Origin: a candidate division WWE3 bacterium RIFOXYB1_FULL_43_24
GTDB taxonomy: Bacteria; Patescibacteriota; WWE3; UBA101185; UBA10185
Assembly: GCA_001773135.1 (NCBI GenBank)
Contig: MEVX01000003.1
Coordinates: forward strand, 172 to 64,171
Length of the DNA: 64,000 nucleotides
Direction: 5' to 3'
The position numbers and the translations under genes are program-made. The notes below the pieces were generated by a model, which had not been told where the DNA came from, searched no databases, and saw only the letters and a list, made by a program, of their open reading frames with translations. This document shows positions 9,268-19,880 of this stretch, one piece after another; position 1 is the first letter of the stretch, and the number at the start of each line of letters is the position of its first letter.

Positions 9268-10431
9268 CTATGGGTTGATGCCGAGAATAAGGGATAATTC
9301 GGTATCCGCAATCTTGTTCCAACTATACTTTTTGACAAATTCCCGGGCTTTTTGGGCCATTTTTGCCCTTTCCGGCTCGTTTTCAAGAAGATACATTACT
9401 TTATCCAGTAAGTCCTTTTTATCGCCTGTTTTAGCGTAAATCACGTTGTCCTCCCAAACTGCCCTAAGCTCTTTTAAGTCATAGCAAACGACAGGAATTC
9501 CTGCAGCCATGGCCTCGCCGATGACTATTGCCCAGTTTTCCTCATAGGAAGGGAGTACAAATACCTTAGACTGCCACATCTTTTTGAATTTTTCCGCCGG
9601 ATCGTAAATTACACCGGCAAACTCGATGTTTTTATCCAAGCCCTTGTCAGTAGACATTTTTCTGGCCTCTTCTCCGTCGATACCCTCGCCGATAACTAAT
9701 AATTTAGCGTCGGGTTTTACTTTCATAAGTTCCGCCCAAATTTCCACCAAATCTAAGATCCCTTTTGTACGTTGAAGGCGTTTCATAAAGACAGCGTCGT
9801 ATTTTTTTTCTTCTCTTTCAGGAAAATACGAATTAATTTCATCAAAATTTACGCCACACAAAACAAAGTGAGCGGGTTTGCGGTTGAAAATAGAAGTTTT
9901 CAAAGCACTCAACGTATCTTCAGAAACAGGCAACAGCACGTCAGCGTTTAAATTGGCAAATAACAATCCCAGCCTTTCACTAATTAAAAACATTAGCGAA
10001 AAAAGAAAATTAGAATTTTTTCTTTTCCAAAATAGTGCGGGAGGAAGCCAATGAGTAACAACCCCGAATCTGATTTTGGAAGGACGAAACAACTTTAGTA
10101 AAAAACCCGGAAAAACATCGTAAATTTGTTCGCTGCCCGAGTACACGATACCTTCCTTGAAGGAAAATAATAGTGCGGGTAGATGAAAAAGCATCTTGAA
10201 AAATACTGCAATTATTTCCAGTCTGCCGATATTGGGAGAATTAGAAATACTGTGCAAAGTAACGGGTAGGCCCATTTTTTCACAAAGCACTTTTCCTGCT
10301 TTGCCGGACATCAGGTGGATTTCGTAGCCTTTTTTACTCCAACACTTCGCCAGTTCAATAAATCTGCTTTCTCCTCCGGTCACACCGGGCTCTGCACCTA
10401 CTATTGAGTTGGCTATAATTAATATTTTCAT
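9268..10431 (-). CDS. Glycosyltransferase family 4
   Basis: Translation is MKILIIANSIVGAEPGVTGGESRFIELAKCWSKKGYEIHL, with the GT1 domain VLPSYEENWAIVIGEAMAAGIPVV. Confidence 0.7.
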   Translation of the reverse strand: MKILIIANSIVGAEPGVTGGESRFIELAKCWSKKGYEIHLMSGKAGKVLCEKMGLPVTLHSISNSPNIGRLEIIAVFFKMLFHLPALLFSFKEGIVYSGSEQIYDVFPGFLLKLFRPSKIRFGVVTHWLPPALFWKRKNSNFLFSLMFLISERLGLLFANLNADVLLPVSEDTLSALKTSIFNRKPAHFVLCGVNFDEINSYFPEREEKKYDAVFMKRLQRTKGILDLVEIWAELMKVKPDAKLLVIGEGIDGEEARKMSTDKGLDKNIEFAGVIYDPAEKFKKMWQSKVFVLPSYEENWAIVIGEAMAAGIPVVCYDLKELRAVWEDNVIYAKTGDKKDLLDKVMYLLENEPERAKMAQKAREFVKKYSWNKIADTELSLILGINP

Positions 10432-11105
10432 TTATTAACAACTGCTTTAACAATTAACGAACGGCCTAACGCGGGAAATAACTTCGCAAGAAAAGCCGAA
10501 GAAACGGAGCCGGAAAAATTCACAACCTCCGATGTTCTTTCTACTATGTTAAAACCGTGCGATTTCAAAAAATCCCTTAAAAGATCGTAAGTGAAATATC
10601 GTAAGTGTCCTGCGGCGGAATCCCCGGGGTACGTATAAGACGCCTCAAAAAATGGATTCCTACCCAGTAATAGTAATGTCCTTCTCGCCAAAGAGGCGGT
10701 GTTGGGGGTGGTAAGGACCAAAAAACCTTCTTTTTTTAATACTCTTTTAATTTCCCTGATAAAACCGTCTGTATTCACAAGGTGCTCTATAACCTCACCG
10801 GCAAACACAACATCAAACATGTTGTCGGCGTAAGGTAACATTTCCTCAATGTTTGCTTTTGTAAAATCTATTCCTGCCGCAGAAAATTCGGCTGCGAATG
10901 CGTCGGTTGCGTCGACCGCCCAAACTTCGTTTCCCGATTCTTTTATTTTTTTACTTATTTTTCCGTTATATGCACCGATGTCTAATACTTTTTTATTTTC
11001 TCCAATCATCCTCAACGCTATTTTTATTCTTATGTCCTCGGGTTTAGAAAACTCTGCCCACCTGGCGTCCGAATATTTTTTTTCAGAAAAAGTTTCGGAA
11101 TTCAT
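10428..11105 (-). CDS. Class I SAM-dependent methyltransferase
   Basis: Motif I is VLDIGAYNG and motif II is DVVFAGEVIEHL, followed by VLTTPN. Confidence 0.75.
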   Translation of the reverse strand: MNSETFSEKKYSDARWAEFSKPEDIRIKIALRMIGENKKVLDIGAYNGKISKKIKESGNEVWAVDATDAFAAEFSAAGIDFTKANIEEMLPYADNMFDVVFAGEVIEHLVNTDGFIREIKRVLKKEGFLVLTTPNTASLARRTLLLLGRNPFFEASYTYPGDSAAGHLRYFTYDLLRDFLKSHGFNIVERTSEVVNFSGSVSSAFLAKLFPALGRSLIVKAVVNK

Positions 11106-11971
11106 TTTTTCACTCCTTTTAGTGCCACGGCCATGGTCGATTTAGTCAACGGAAACTTCCTATTGTTCATGCTGTCCACCGCTTTTAAAAAACTAAATCC
11201 TGTGTTTAGTATAGAGGAAGAAAGTGTTCGGCGTTTTGCTGCGTCCTCTTCCCACTCAAACTTTTCCATCGATTTTATAACATCTTCCGAAACGGGTAGT
11301 TTTGTGTAAAGCGTTTTGCCCAGCCATAGAATTAAATGGTTAAAAGGGACACCGAAGTGAGTTAAAACCTTCAAGTCTTCCACCCAGAAACCCGCATTTT
11401 CAGCCAAACTCTTTAAGTTTTCAGGAAGATACAAACGTTTGTGATCCTTAGCCCAGATTCCTCCCCAAAAGCCACTCATGGGACTGAAGTGACCCAAACC
11501 GAGGCTTTCGCGGATTTTATTCAGGGGATCCCACAATAAAGGATAGTTCTTATTCGGCACCGTTATAGCTACAATACCGCCCGGTTTTAGAACGCGGTAA
11601 AGCTCTTTTATCGCGGTTTTATCGTCATCTATGTGTTCCAGAACTTCGGTGCACACGATTTTGTCGAAAAAATTATCCGGAAAACGCAGGTTAGTTATGT
11701 CGCCCTGCTCTATCGTCACGTTATTTCTCCCGTCCAGCCACTTGTGGGCCAAAATAAGGATTTCCGGATCGAAATCTACAGCTGTAATTTTGCAGTCATA
11801 AAGATTATCAAAAACCATTGAATAAAATCCTTCCCCGCACCCCATATCCAAAATGTGCTCACCCGGTTGAATATCCAGATATTCGAGCATGGTTATTACA
11901 CGGCGTCTGAAGTTTAGATCGCCGGTCTTGGAAAGAATCTTTTGAAGTTTTTGATTCGTCTCTTTATTCAT
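11102..11971 (-). CDS. Class I SAM-dependent methyltransferase
   Basis: Motif I is ILDMGCGEGFYS, with post-I VDFD and motif II DKIVCTEVLEHI, followed by AITVPN. Confidence 0.75.
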   Translation of the reverse strand: MNKETNQKLQKILSKTGDLNFRRRVITMLEYLDIQPGEHILDMGCGEGFYSMVFDNLYDCKITAVDFDPEILILAHKWLDGRNNVTIEQGDITNLRFPDNFFDKIVCTEVLEHIDDDKTAIKELYRVLKPGGIVAITVPNKNYPLLWDPLNKIRESLGLGHFSPMSGFWGGIWAKDHKRLYLPENLKSLAENAGFWVEDLKVLTHFGVPFNHLILWLGKTLYTKLPVSEDVIKSMEKFEWEEDAAKRRTLSSSILNTGFSFLKAVDSMNNRKFPLTKSTMAVALKGVKK

Positions 11972-13154
11972 TAATTTCGTACGCGTCGGTAATAATGCTT
12001 GCGTTTGAAAAACCCAAATATTTCAGAGCGTACTGCCGGCACTTGTTAATGCTTTCAAGGGTTTTTGGGTGCGCTGTAAGATTCTGCAATGTTTTTGTAA
12101 GAATTTCGGAATCAATTTCTGCGGGCATATAATGAGCTACATCCTTTGATAAAAAGGTGGGAGGAGATCCCCTTTCAGGAATAACAGGAACTGTGCCTGA
12201 CGAAACAGCTTCGCAAAGAGTTATTGAGTAGCCCTCATCATACAAATAGGGAGAGACAAAATAATCGGCAAGGGAATAAAGTTCGAGCAAAGTGTCGCAT
12301 TGTTTTGGGTCATTCTGGTTCAATAGCCCCATGTATTTTATATTTTCACTTTTAGAAACCAGTAAGTCCACCTCACGCTGAAGCTGGCCCGCCCCGACTA
12401 AATAGAAATTCGCTTCTTTTATTTTTTCCGCAGCTTTTAGATATAACAGAACACCTTTTTTCTCGATAAATCTGGAGACCATCAAAAAGTTTATTTTCTT
12501 GTCGGACTTTATAGAAAGTTTTTGTCTGTCGCGGGGTTTGAAAACATCCGTATCAACCCAGTTTCTGAAAGCTTCGATTCTTCTCGCGGGTAGACCTATT
12601 TTTATTAATTCCTGTTTGGAAACTTCCGAAACAGCGAGAATTTTATCGTAGAAAGATAGTATGCCCCAAACTAGAATTTTTAATAAACGTTTCCTGTTCT
12701 CAAACGAATATATTGCGTGTGTGCTCACTACCATTCTTTTGTTCACCAGAAGCTTACAAAATACTCCGATTGTTGCTGCAACCAAACCGTGGGCATGAAT
12801 TACATTTATATGTTTGTGATTCACCAAATAAAAAGCGATGGACTTTATAAAAAGGCCGGGAAAAACGTAAGCGAATACTAAAGGAAATTTTGTTTCGAGT
12901 TGTTCAAACAGACCTACGCCGTACCACTGCGTGCGGTGGATCTCGTAATTCTCCCCACGTTCTCTTCTGGCACCTTTTGTTTTTGATGCGAGGGGTTGGT
13001 AAGTAAGTACTGTCGAGTAGTAACCATTTTTTCCCAAATAATCTATTAAACGGTCCAGATGAGTTTCTACCCCGCCGATGTTTGGTCTAAAAAATGGGCA
13101 GATAATGAGTACGTTTTTCTTTTTTGTTTGCGTTTCTTTTTGCCTGAGTTCCAC
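11964..13154 (-). CDS. Glycosyltransferase family 4
   Basis: Translation is NVLIICPFFRPNIGGVETHLDRLIDYLGKNGY. The GT1 domain is near the C-terminus. The apparent start is GTG. Confidence 0.7.
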   Translation of the reverse strand: MELRQKETQTKKKNVLIICPFFRPNIGGVETHLDRLIDYLGKNGYYSTVLTYQPLASKTKGARRERGENYEIHRTQWYGVGLFEQLETKFPLVFAYVFPGLFIKSIAFYLVNHKHINVIHAHGLVAATIGVFCKLLVNKRMVVSTHAIYSFENRKRLLKILVWGILSFYDKILAVSEVSKQELIKIGLPARRIEAFRNWVDTDVFKPRDRQKLSIKSDKKINFLMVSRFIEKKGVLLYLKAAEKIKEANFYLVGAGQLQREVDLLVSKSENIKYMGLLNQNDPKQCDTLLELYSLADYFVSPYLYDEGYSITLCEAVSSGTVPVIPERGSPPTFLSKDVAHYMPAEIDSEILTKTLQNLTAHPKTLESINKCRQYALKYLGFSNASIITDAYEINE

Positions 13155-13197
13155 TGAGGAAATTATACATTAGGGGGGAAGGGGGGAGGGTTTGTAC

Positions 13198-14781
13198 TTA
13201 ATTTATTTTGTATAAGGTGGCGTCAGAAAAAACCTGAACCTCTTCAAGCATATTTAAAGTACTAATCTGTTCTGAATATTTCTCGGGTTCATAAAATAGG
13301 ATATGTGTAACTCCCAATTCTTTTCCTGTATCTATCATACCGGGCTCAAATATTTTTAACGTCAGCTCCTCGGCAGATATATTTGTAAACCTGTAACCTC
13401 TTACATTCATCAAACACTGCTTATGATCGGGCAGCCAAAAAAGGCTCTCGTTTGATTTCGAGTAGGGATAAACAAGGTACTTTATTGTCATCGGTTGTTG
13501 GGCACCCATATAAAGGTAAGGGTCGGGAACCTTGTCGTATTTTGTTATTTTGAAAGGAACAAAGGTTTCTGCGAGTGTAACGACTAGCAGAATAGGCATG
13601 AAATATTTGAAAAACTTTGGCTTGTTAACATGAATAACATTTATAATCTCTGCCATTATCAAAAGCATGAGAAGTAAAATCATGGGGCTAAACCTCGCGG
13701 TTACACGGAACATGGGGAAAAATGTTGCGATAAGGTGCCCCGGTGTGTATATTTTCCAACCGGCTATCGTAAAAAATGGCGGCATTGTGAATGAGATAAG
13801 AAGAATTGTGGTGAGAAGCAGTACGTTAACTTTTTGTTTGATTTCGGTATCCAATTTCTTATATCCGTATATGAGACACCCTGCAAATGTGATTAAAAAA
13901 AGGTAACCGAAAAAAGCCGCCGAGTGCTCTGCAGGAAAGTAGTCATCTGCCAAGAAATACCCTGTAGATTCAATTTTTGCGGTGATATTTTTAGAAAATT
14001 CACCATAAATTGGATTTTTAGGGGAGGGGGTGAAGAAGTACCACGGACGGAGTGAGAATGTAACGAAGTCCTCGTACGGTCTCGCATAATACCCTATGCT
14101 AGGAACATTTTCCTCAGTCGTAAAAAAAGCTGCACGTATATATGGAAAAATAGACATAACAATAATGGCAATTGCGGATACTAGACACACTAGAAGATTT
14201 CTTAACTTTACAAGACCTAACCTATCCTTAAACTTTAAAAACAAAAAATAACTAACAATTACTGCCAAACAAGTCACGAGCATTACAAAACCCAAATAAT
14301 TAGAAATTAAAGTGCTTAGAATTAAAAGGGCAGTCAGCGCAACGTAATTGCGGAAATACCGCCTGGAATCGAATAAGATAGCTAACAAGGAAAGAATAAA
14401 AAGTACAAATAACCATACCTGCATAAGCTCCTGGTGTATTCCAAACTTTATCCAAAAATAACTGCAAGATGAAAAGATGGCGGCGTATATATACCAATAT
14501 CTATATTTTTTAAATAGTATATAACTCGATAAAAGAGTTAAAAAGATAGTAATAAGGGCACTTAGGGGCAAGAAGATCCAATCTAACAAAAACAACATAT
14601 ACTTAGTTATGAGGAGAAAAACCGGTTGACTGCTCGTCATTGGGTTGCCTACACTATTTATTACCGACACATATTGCTTGCATAAATCGACCAAACGATA
14701 CTGATCAACACCTAAAAGGTGTATTGTGTTTTTCCATATGTACAGAGTTGTTTGATCTTGTAATCCATTTATGACGTACAT
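13198..14781 (-). CDS. Polytopic integral membrane protein (possible Wzy-like polymerase or GT-C)
   Basis: 527 aa with more than 10 hydrophobic segments. No soluble catalytic motif recognised. Confidence 0.4.
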   Translation of the reverse strand: MYVINGLQDQTTLYIWKNTIHLLGVDQYRLVDLCKQYVSVINSVGNPMTSSQPVFLLITKYMLFLLDWIFLPLSALITIFLTLLSSYILFKKYRYWYIYAAIFSSCSYFWIKFGIHQELMQVWLFVLFILSLLAILFDSRRYFRNYVALTALLILSTLISNYLGFVMLVTCLAVIVSYFLFLKFKDRLGLVKLRNLLVCLVSAIAIIVMSIFPYIRAAFFTTEENVPSIGYYARPYEDFVTFSLRPWYFFTPSPKNPIYGEFSKNITAKIESTGYFLADDYFPAEHSAAFFGYLFLITFAGCLIYGYKKLDTEIKQKVNVLLLTTILLISFTMPPFFTIAGWKIYTPGHLIATFFPMFRVTARFSPMILLLMLLIMAEIINVIHVNKPKFFKYFMPILLVVTLAETFVPFKITKYDKVPDPYLYMGAQQPMTIKYLVYPYSKSNESLFWLPDHKQCLMNVRGYRFTNISAEELTLKIFEPGMIDTGKELGVTHILFYEPEKYSEQISTLNMLEEVQVFSDATLYKIN

Positions 14782-14799
14782 AAAGTATTTATAGCCTAA

Positions 14800-15162
14800 T
14801 CAATACTCTTTGCGAACCAACAATATTGCAGTGCCGAAAAAGAAAAGAAACAGAGCCCAGGTGGATAATTTTTCAGCTAATACCTTAAGATCGAGTAATA
14901 AAACCAGCGGTATAAGACACAAACCAACTATAGCGGCGGTATATATAACTTCTACTCTAAACTTAAACCGTAACCACAAAATAAACCAAAACGTAAAATA
15001 CAGCCAAAAAACAAAATTAATAATATAGCCAGAAAACAGCAGATCACCGATAACTATGACAACAAAACACGTTAACAACCAAAAATCTATTTTTGATTTC
15101 CTATATAATTTATAAAGGCTCTTAGGTAAATTACTTACTAATTTAGTTATGCTTTTTTTCAT
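14800..15162 (-). CDS. Small membrane protein, hypothetical
   Basis: 120 aa with 3-4 hydrophobic helices. It overlaps the start of the upstream 1207-aa gene by 20 bp. Confidence 0.3.
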   Translation of the reverse strand: MKKSITKLVSNLPKSLYKLYRKSKIDFWLLTCFVVIVIGDLLFSGYIINFVFWLYFTFWFILWLRFKFRVEVIYTAAIVGLCLIPLVLLLDLKVLAEKLSTWALFLFFFGTAILLVRKEY

Positions 15163-18100
15163 GTTTCCGAATTAGTACCGTTACGATAAACAGTATAGCA
15201 GTTAAAATTAATGTGACAGTAGCGAGTGAGCAAACGTAAAAAATTCTCTGAGGCCAAAATTCTATTATCAACGTAAAATCCTCTCTTCCGACTACCGAGG
15301 GGTCAACAACCCATGCATTTGCAAAACCATTAGCGATGTAGTGAGTTTTTGGAAACATTGCCTGCTTACTCCAAGTATCTATTGTGTTTTCATCAAATAA
15401 TACATCATTTGATGATCTCTCCACGATATCACCGTTGAAATAACTTTTCGAACCGAACTGATGTCGTTCTGACTGATTAAATATATCGAAAAAAGCTTTA
15501 GATATCTTAGTCAAGGTGCTATACAAAACACCTGACTGATTTTTTCTATCCATGCCCTCTGCAGAGTATAACCGCCACCCACTGTGGAAATTCTCTTGAA
15601 ATACCAGATCAAACGTGCTGGTAGCTCCAGAAACATTTACTACATATTTCGTGGGGTTTACCCGCGTATAAGAGATTTTGGGAACAGCTCTATTAATACA
15701 CCCACCTTCCTGGATATAAGCAACGGGCGGTATCGACCTTTTTTTAACACTTAGATTTTTTATCAAAACATCAGATTTGTGTTCTTTTGCCTCAACAGGG
15801 GTTTTAATAAAGACATATCCATTTTCAGACTCCGAACTAGAAGTGAATGTTTTCTGAAAGTGAGAATAACAGGGCTGAGATTGGTCGACACAGTATGCGA
15901 ACCCAAAAATCTCCTCATTAAATATCTTTCGCCTTTGAACAGGAAACTCTCCTTTCCCTATCAAATCCCAATCGATAACACCTGTACCCCTATCAACTAA
16001 CGAGTAGTCTAGTGTATCTTCATATACTCCAACTTCTACGTTAACCATACTAGATAAATAATCAAAAGAGACAGTATACTCGGTACTAGTTTCCCAATCA
16101 TTTACCTGTTGAAATTTCGCTATGTCATTCACATCTAGCTGCGAGGTTTTAATTAGTTCTCTATTATCACTTTGAGTGAAGTCTGCACACTTCAATTCTA
16201 TCGTTGAAGTCGTGTCGTAAATGTCTGTTCTTAACTTACGCCAAGAACCCGATTCTTCCGTGAATAATTCATAGTTACCTTCCTTCGGTATATTGAACAC
16301 ATACTCACAACCCGCCTGCTCAGATACCCCGCCTATCCATTGTTTTATCTCCTCAAAAAGACTTATAGAATCAGATACTTCGGTGTACGGAATCTCACTT
16401 CTAGAACTCAGTAAATTTATAGATACGCCTGCATATGCGTAGAGCTTTTTCACCAGTCCCCAGTATGTATCGGGACTTATTTTTGGATTAAGATTGACTG
16501 AAGCTGAATGCTCATCGAGGCTAGTGCGAAGTGTGTTAAACGCAAATCTAATACCATTATTGAACCTAATAATGTTTTTAACACGATCGTCTCCTGTAAG
16601 ATTGTACTCCAAAATTTCTTGAATCCTTTTAGAGGAGTTCCATATTTCGTAATCTGTACGCACCAGCTTGTCGGGAGCAGAAACTAGTCTTATTTTTTCA
16701 CTGAGTAGCATAATGTCATGTCTAAAAGTTCTGGGCTGTTTCTCTACCTTCGGCCACACCCACCCTTTATTCCAAGTCAGGGATTCGAGATTAATTTCTG
16801 GTTCTTCATCGTTAATTTGACCGTATGATATTACCGGGCAATAGTTATCTTGTGAAGAATAAACCTCAGCTTGGTTAATTTTGTAAACCGTCCTTACATC
16901 GGGAAAATATACATCTCTCATATAAACAACGTCTTCATTTCTTCCAGTGCCATAAACAATGTTTTTTGGTATGTAAAATTTGGGCAGATACTCATCCTCA
17001 TTTACTGTAAAAACACAAAGTGCCGGTTGATTCAGCAATTTAACATAAAGCTCATTTCTAACGCTGCTGTCTGTATCCTTGTTAAGAACCTTTTCCAAGT
17101 ATGTCTGATCAAACTTACCGTATTTATGGGAACATTCCCCTAGGATTCGTTTCGTGTCACTTTCAATATTTTCAGGATTGCTATATCTAAACTCAAAATC
17201 CGATTGATAAAGAATATGCAGCACGTTGAAAAAACCAATGTTATCAACCTTATTCCGATACAATGCGTTGACAACTGCGTCGCCTTCGGTAGATAAAGTG
17301 TCTGTTTTCCTCAAAACCTGCAGGTTAGTTGCTATTTCTGGGTAAGGCCAAACCATATTTGCACCTTGCAACCAGTTGTAACTGTTCCCATAACCTCTAG
17401 ACGGAAGCAGCAAATAGTGCTCTTTTGTGGAGGCCTCGCTGATAAATTCTTCCCAATATTCCGGAACCTTTACTACGCTACCCCACTGACCTGCATTCCA
17501 CCTATCATAGTTTAATAAAGCTTTTACATCTAAAACTGGGGCAACATATACAAAGACTAAAAGGGCCGTAATCAAAAATACAAGAGTTTTTCTTTTCCTA
17601 AACCTAAGAAGCAGATATTGTACGGACAGCGCGAAAATGAGCGTAAACCCTAAAGAGTACAGTGCCATAAACTTAGTAAAAGGCTCTCTATAAGGCTTGA
17701 GGAAAACGGTATTGTTATAAAACAAATCATAAAGAAAACCAAAGGGGGCCTTTGTACCCAACACAAGAAACATACCTATTAGCGGAATCAAATACACCAG
17801 TACTGAGAGGTTTGCTCTTATGAGACGTAACTTTTTAATTGATTTAAAAAGGGGGTACGCTAAAAAACCCATAAATACAACTGAGTAGGAAGCTATTATT
17901 ACTAGGGGGAGCTGATAATACGAACTTGCAAGGTAATAAGGCTGCCCATTATGCCCGGAGTACCAAGACCACGAGCCCAGCATTCTAAAAAAATCGAAAT
18001 AATATCCGGACCCAAGTGAACTAAACATCTGCAGCCCGTTGTTGGTAGCTCTAAACGATACAAATAAGGAATCTACTACAAGGTATATCCAATATGAATT

Positions 18101-18766
18101 TATTAAAAAAATTAGCACCATTAAAACTAAGTAATAGATGATAAATTTTATCTCCAATCTAGATACTGTTAACAGATGGGTTATATAAACAAACGGGAAC
18201 ACGAGATAACATAGGGTATATAACGCAATATTTGAAGAGACCGGAGTTAGGAGATTAAATACTAAGAATAGTAGTAGATAGTAAAAATGTATCTTACGAT
18301 AAATAATACCGACAGATAAATGGAATATTATTGGAAGAGCCGCATAAAACATTACGTATGGAACAGATATTGGGTAAAGAACCCTAAATGGATTTAGTGC
18401 GTACAAAGCTGCAGACAAATATATACCGGTGCGACTAATATTAAGCAACGACCCCAGTAAGAGCCTCATACTAATATATGGGGCAAAGTAGAAAAATACC
18501 ATAAAAATCTGGGATATATAAATATCTAATGGGGTGTTTTTTAACAAAGCAATAAGCAGATTCACAATATTTGTGTTCAATCTCCCGAAGTTGGCACTAC
18601 TATCCCACAAGTAAGGGGTTAGGTCCCTTGCTAAAAACGTGTAATTTTCTCCACCACCTAGGGAGATATCTTTTTCCCAAAAAACAAAAAAGTATACACT
18701 TAGACCTAGCAAAATTAATATATCAAACACAAAACCAGCTTTTATTAAATCTTTTAGTCTATGCAT
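15143..18766 (-). CDS. Giant membrane protein with an N-terminal polytopic GT-C-like domain and a ~770-aa extracytoplasmic C-terminal domain
   Basis: 1207 aa. About the first 430 aa are multi-TM and the remainder is soluble and rich in W/Y/N. This architecture is reminiscent of AftD-like arabinofuranosyltransferases, but I cannot confirm the family. Confidence 0.5.
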   Translation of the reverse strand: MHRLKDLIKAGFVFDILILLGLSVYFFVFWEKDISLGGGENYTFLARDLTPYLWDSSANFGRLNTNIVNLLIALLKNTPLDIYISQIFMVFFYFAPYISMRLLLGSLLNISRTGIYLSAALYALNPFRVLYPISVPYVMFYAALPIIFHLSVGIIYRKIHFYYLLLFLVFNLLTPVSSNIALYTLCYLVFPFVYITHLLTVSRLEIKFIIYYLVLMVLIFLINSYWIYLVVDSLFVSFRATNNGLQMFSSLGSGYYFDFFRMLGSWSWYSGHNGQPYYLASSYYQLPLVIIASYSVVFMGFLAYPLFKSIKKLRLIRANLSVLVYLIPLIGMFLVLGTKAPFGFLYDLFYNNTVFLKPYREPFTKFMALYSLGFTLIFALSVQYLLLRFRKRKTLVFLITALLVFVYVAPVLDVKALLNYDRWNAGQWGSVVKVPEYWEEFISEASTKEHYLLLPSRGYGNSYNWLQGANMVWPYPEIATNLQVLRKTDTLSTEGDAVVNALYRNKVDNIGFFNVLHILYQSDFEFRYSNPENIESDTKRILGECSHKYGKFDQTYLEKVLNKDTDSSVRNELYVKLLNQPALCVFTVNEDEYLPKFYIPKNIVYGTGRNEDVVYMRDVYFPDVRTVYKINQAEVYSSQDNYCPVISYGQINDEEPEINLESLTWNKGWVWPKVEKQPRTFRHDIMLLSEKIRLVSAPDKLVRTDYEIWNSSKRIQEILEYNLTGDDRVKNIIRFNNGIRFAFNTLRTSLDEHSASVNLNPKISPDTYWGLVKKLYAYAGVSINLLSSRSEIPYTEVSDSISLFEEIKQWIGGVSEQAGCEYVFNIPKEGNYELFTEESGSWRKLRTDIYDTTSTIELKCADFTQSDNRELIKTSQLDVNDIAKFQQVNDWETSTEYTVSFDYLSSMVNVEVGVYEDTLDYSLVDRGTGVIDWDLIGKGEFPVQRRKIFNEEIFGFAYCVDQSQPCYSHFQKTFTSSSESENGYVFIKTPVEAKEHKSDVLIKNLSVKKRSIPPVAYIQEGGCINRAVPKISYTRVNPTKYVVNVSGATSTFDLVFQENFHSGWRLYSAEGMDRKNQSGVLYSTLTKISKAFFDIFNQSERHQFGSKSYFNGDIVERSSNDVLFDENTIDTWSKQAMFPKTHYIANGFANAWVVDPSVVGREDFTLIIEFWPQRIFYVCSLATVTLILTAILFIVTVLIRKHEKKHN

Positions 18767-19880
18767 TGCGGATACTTGTCTCGAATATCTTCATATTCCT
18801 CTCAAAATTTATTACGGAGTTGTAATTCTTCTCTACACTCAGTCTTGCATTATTCTTTATACTTTCTTTCTGCGTTTTTGAAAGGGCAAGAACATAATGT
18901 ATTTTATCAGCGATCTCTTCTGAATCCTCACTTATAAAAAAACCGTTCTGACCATCTTTAATTATCGTGGATATCTCACCATACTTGGTAACAAGTACAA
19001 GTTGCCCAACCATCATGGCCTCTAACAAAGACCGCGACACTGTCGGTGCGTAAGAAAAAGGCAATATTGTTATATCCGACGATCTAATAGCATCGTTCAC
19101 GGCATCGAAGGGTAGAAACTTTTCAATAATCACGTTAGCTTCGGCGTCGAGTTCTTTTATGTGATCTATTACTTCCTGCTCTTGATTTTCTCCTCTAAAA
19201 TATAAGGTCAGCTTGTAACTAGACCCATATTTTTTTTTGTAAGTCTCTAATGCATCGAGTAGTGTGATTGCGGCGGTTCCGTTGGGCTTGTATAGTGGTT
19301 TGACAAAATGAATCTTAAGCTCGGCCATCCCGGGGCCATCCCAACTAGCTGTTCTACTCACAGATCGATCAATTATTTTTATACCGGGGGGAACAACAAC
19401 TGCATTGTTCCAATTCTTAAAATATTTATCTTTATAATACTGCGACCATAATATAATCTTATAGGGTTTACAAAGTTTGAGTATATATCTGTAAGAAAAT
19501 ACCGACAGGTGTGACAAAAACCCACCACTAGAGTCACCTACCATCTCAACTGTAACTACAAATTTTTTGTGGTAAATCAGCTTCGCGATAAATCCAAATA
19601 ATACTCCCCTGGTTCCTATCGAATGATAAACATCAGAGGTTCGTATTTCAACATGCGAAAGATATTTAAATACTCTAAAAATGAAGGACAACTCACTTTT
19701 ATCACGACTTACCCAAAGATACGTTAGGTTCTTCACTACCGGGAGTTCGGCACCATTGGGGTACTTTTCTGAGATTAGCACGCTGGAAACATCGTTTTCA
19801 CCAAGATACCTAAGGTACTCTGTAAGGTAACAACCTCTACTATACAGGGGGTAACGGAAATATATATGAGTTATTTTCAT
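18759..19880 (-). CDS. Glycosyltransferase family 4
   Basis: The C-terminal GT1 domain is ILPFSYAPTVSRSLLEAMMVGQLVLVTKYGE...GFFI. Confidence 0.6.
   Translation of the reverse strand: MKITHIYFRYPLYSRGCYLTEYLRYLGENDVSSVLISEKYPNGAELPVVKNLTYLWVSRDKSELSFIFRVFKYLSHVEIRTSDVYHSIGTRGVLFGFIAKLIYHKKFVVTVEMVGDSSGGFLSHLSVFSYRYILKLCKPYKIILWSQYYKDKYFKNWNNAVVVPPGIKIIDRSVSRTASWDGPGMAELKIHFVKPLYKPNGTAAITLLDALETYKKKYGSSYKLTLYFRGENQEQEVIDHIKELDAEANVIIEKFLPFDAVNDAIRSSDITILPFSYAPTVSRSLLEAMMVGQLVLVTKYGEISTIIKDGQNGFFISEDSEEIADKIHYVLALSKTQKESIKNNARLSVEKNYNSVINFERNMKIFETSIRNA

Noticed and set aside
8982-9278. Plus-strand 98-aa ORF and minus-strand 65-aa ORF (8975..9172) overlapping the small zinc-ribbon ORF
   Set aside because: They are alternative frames of the same intergenic region. 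They have no SD and no recognisable motifs. Only the Cys/His-rich minus-strand frame with an upstream GGAG was kept, and that at low confidence.
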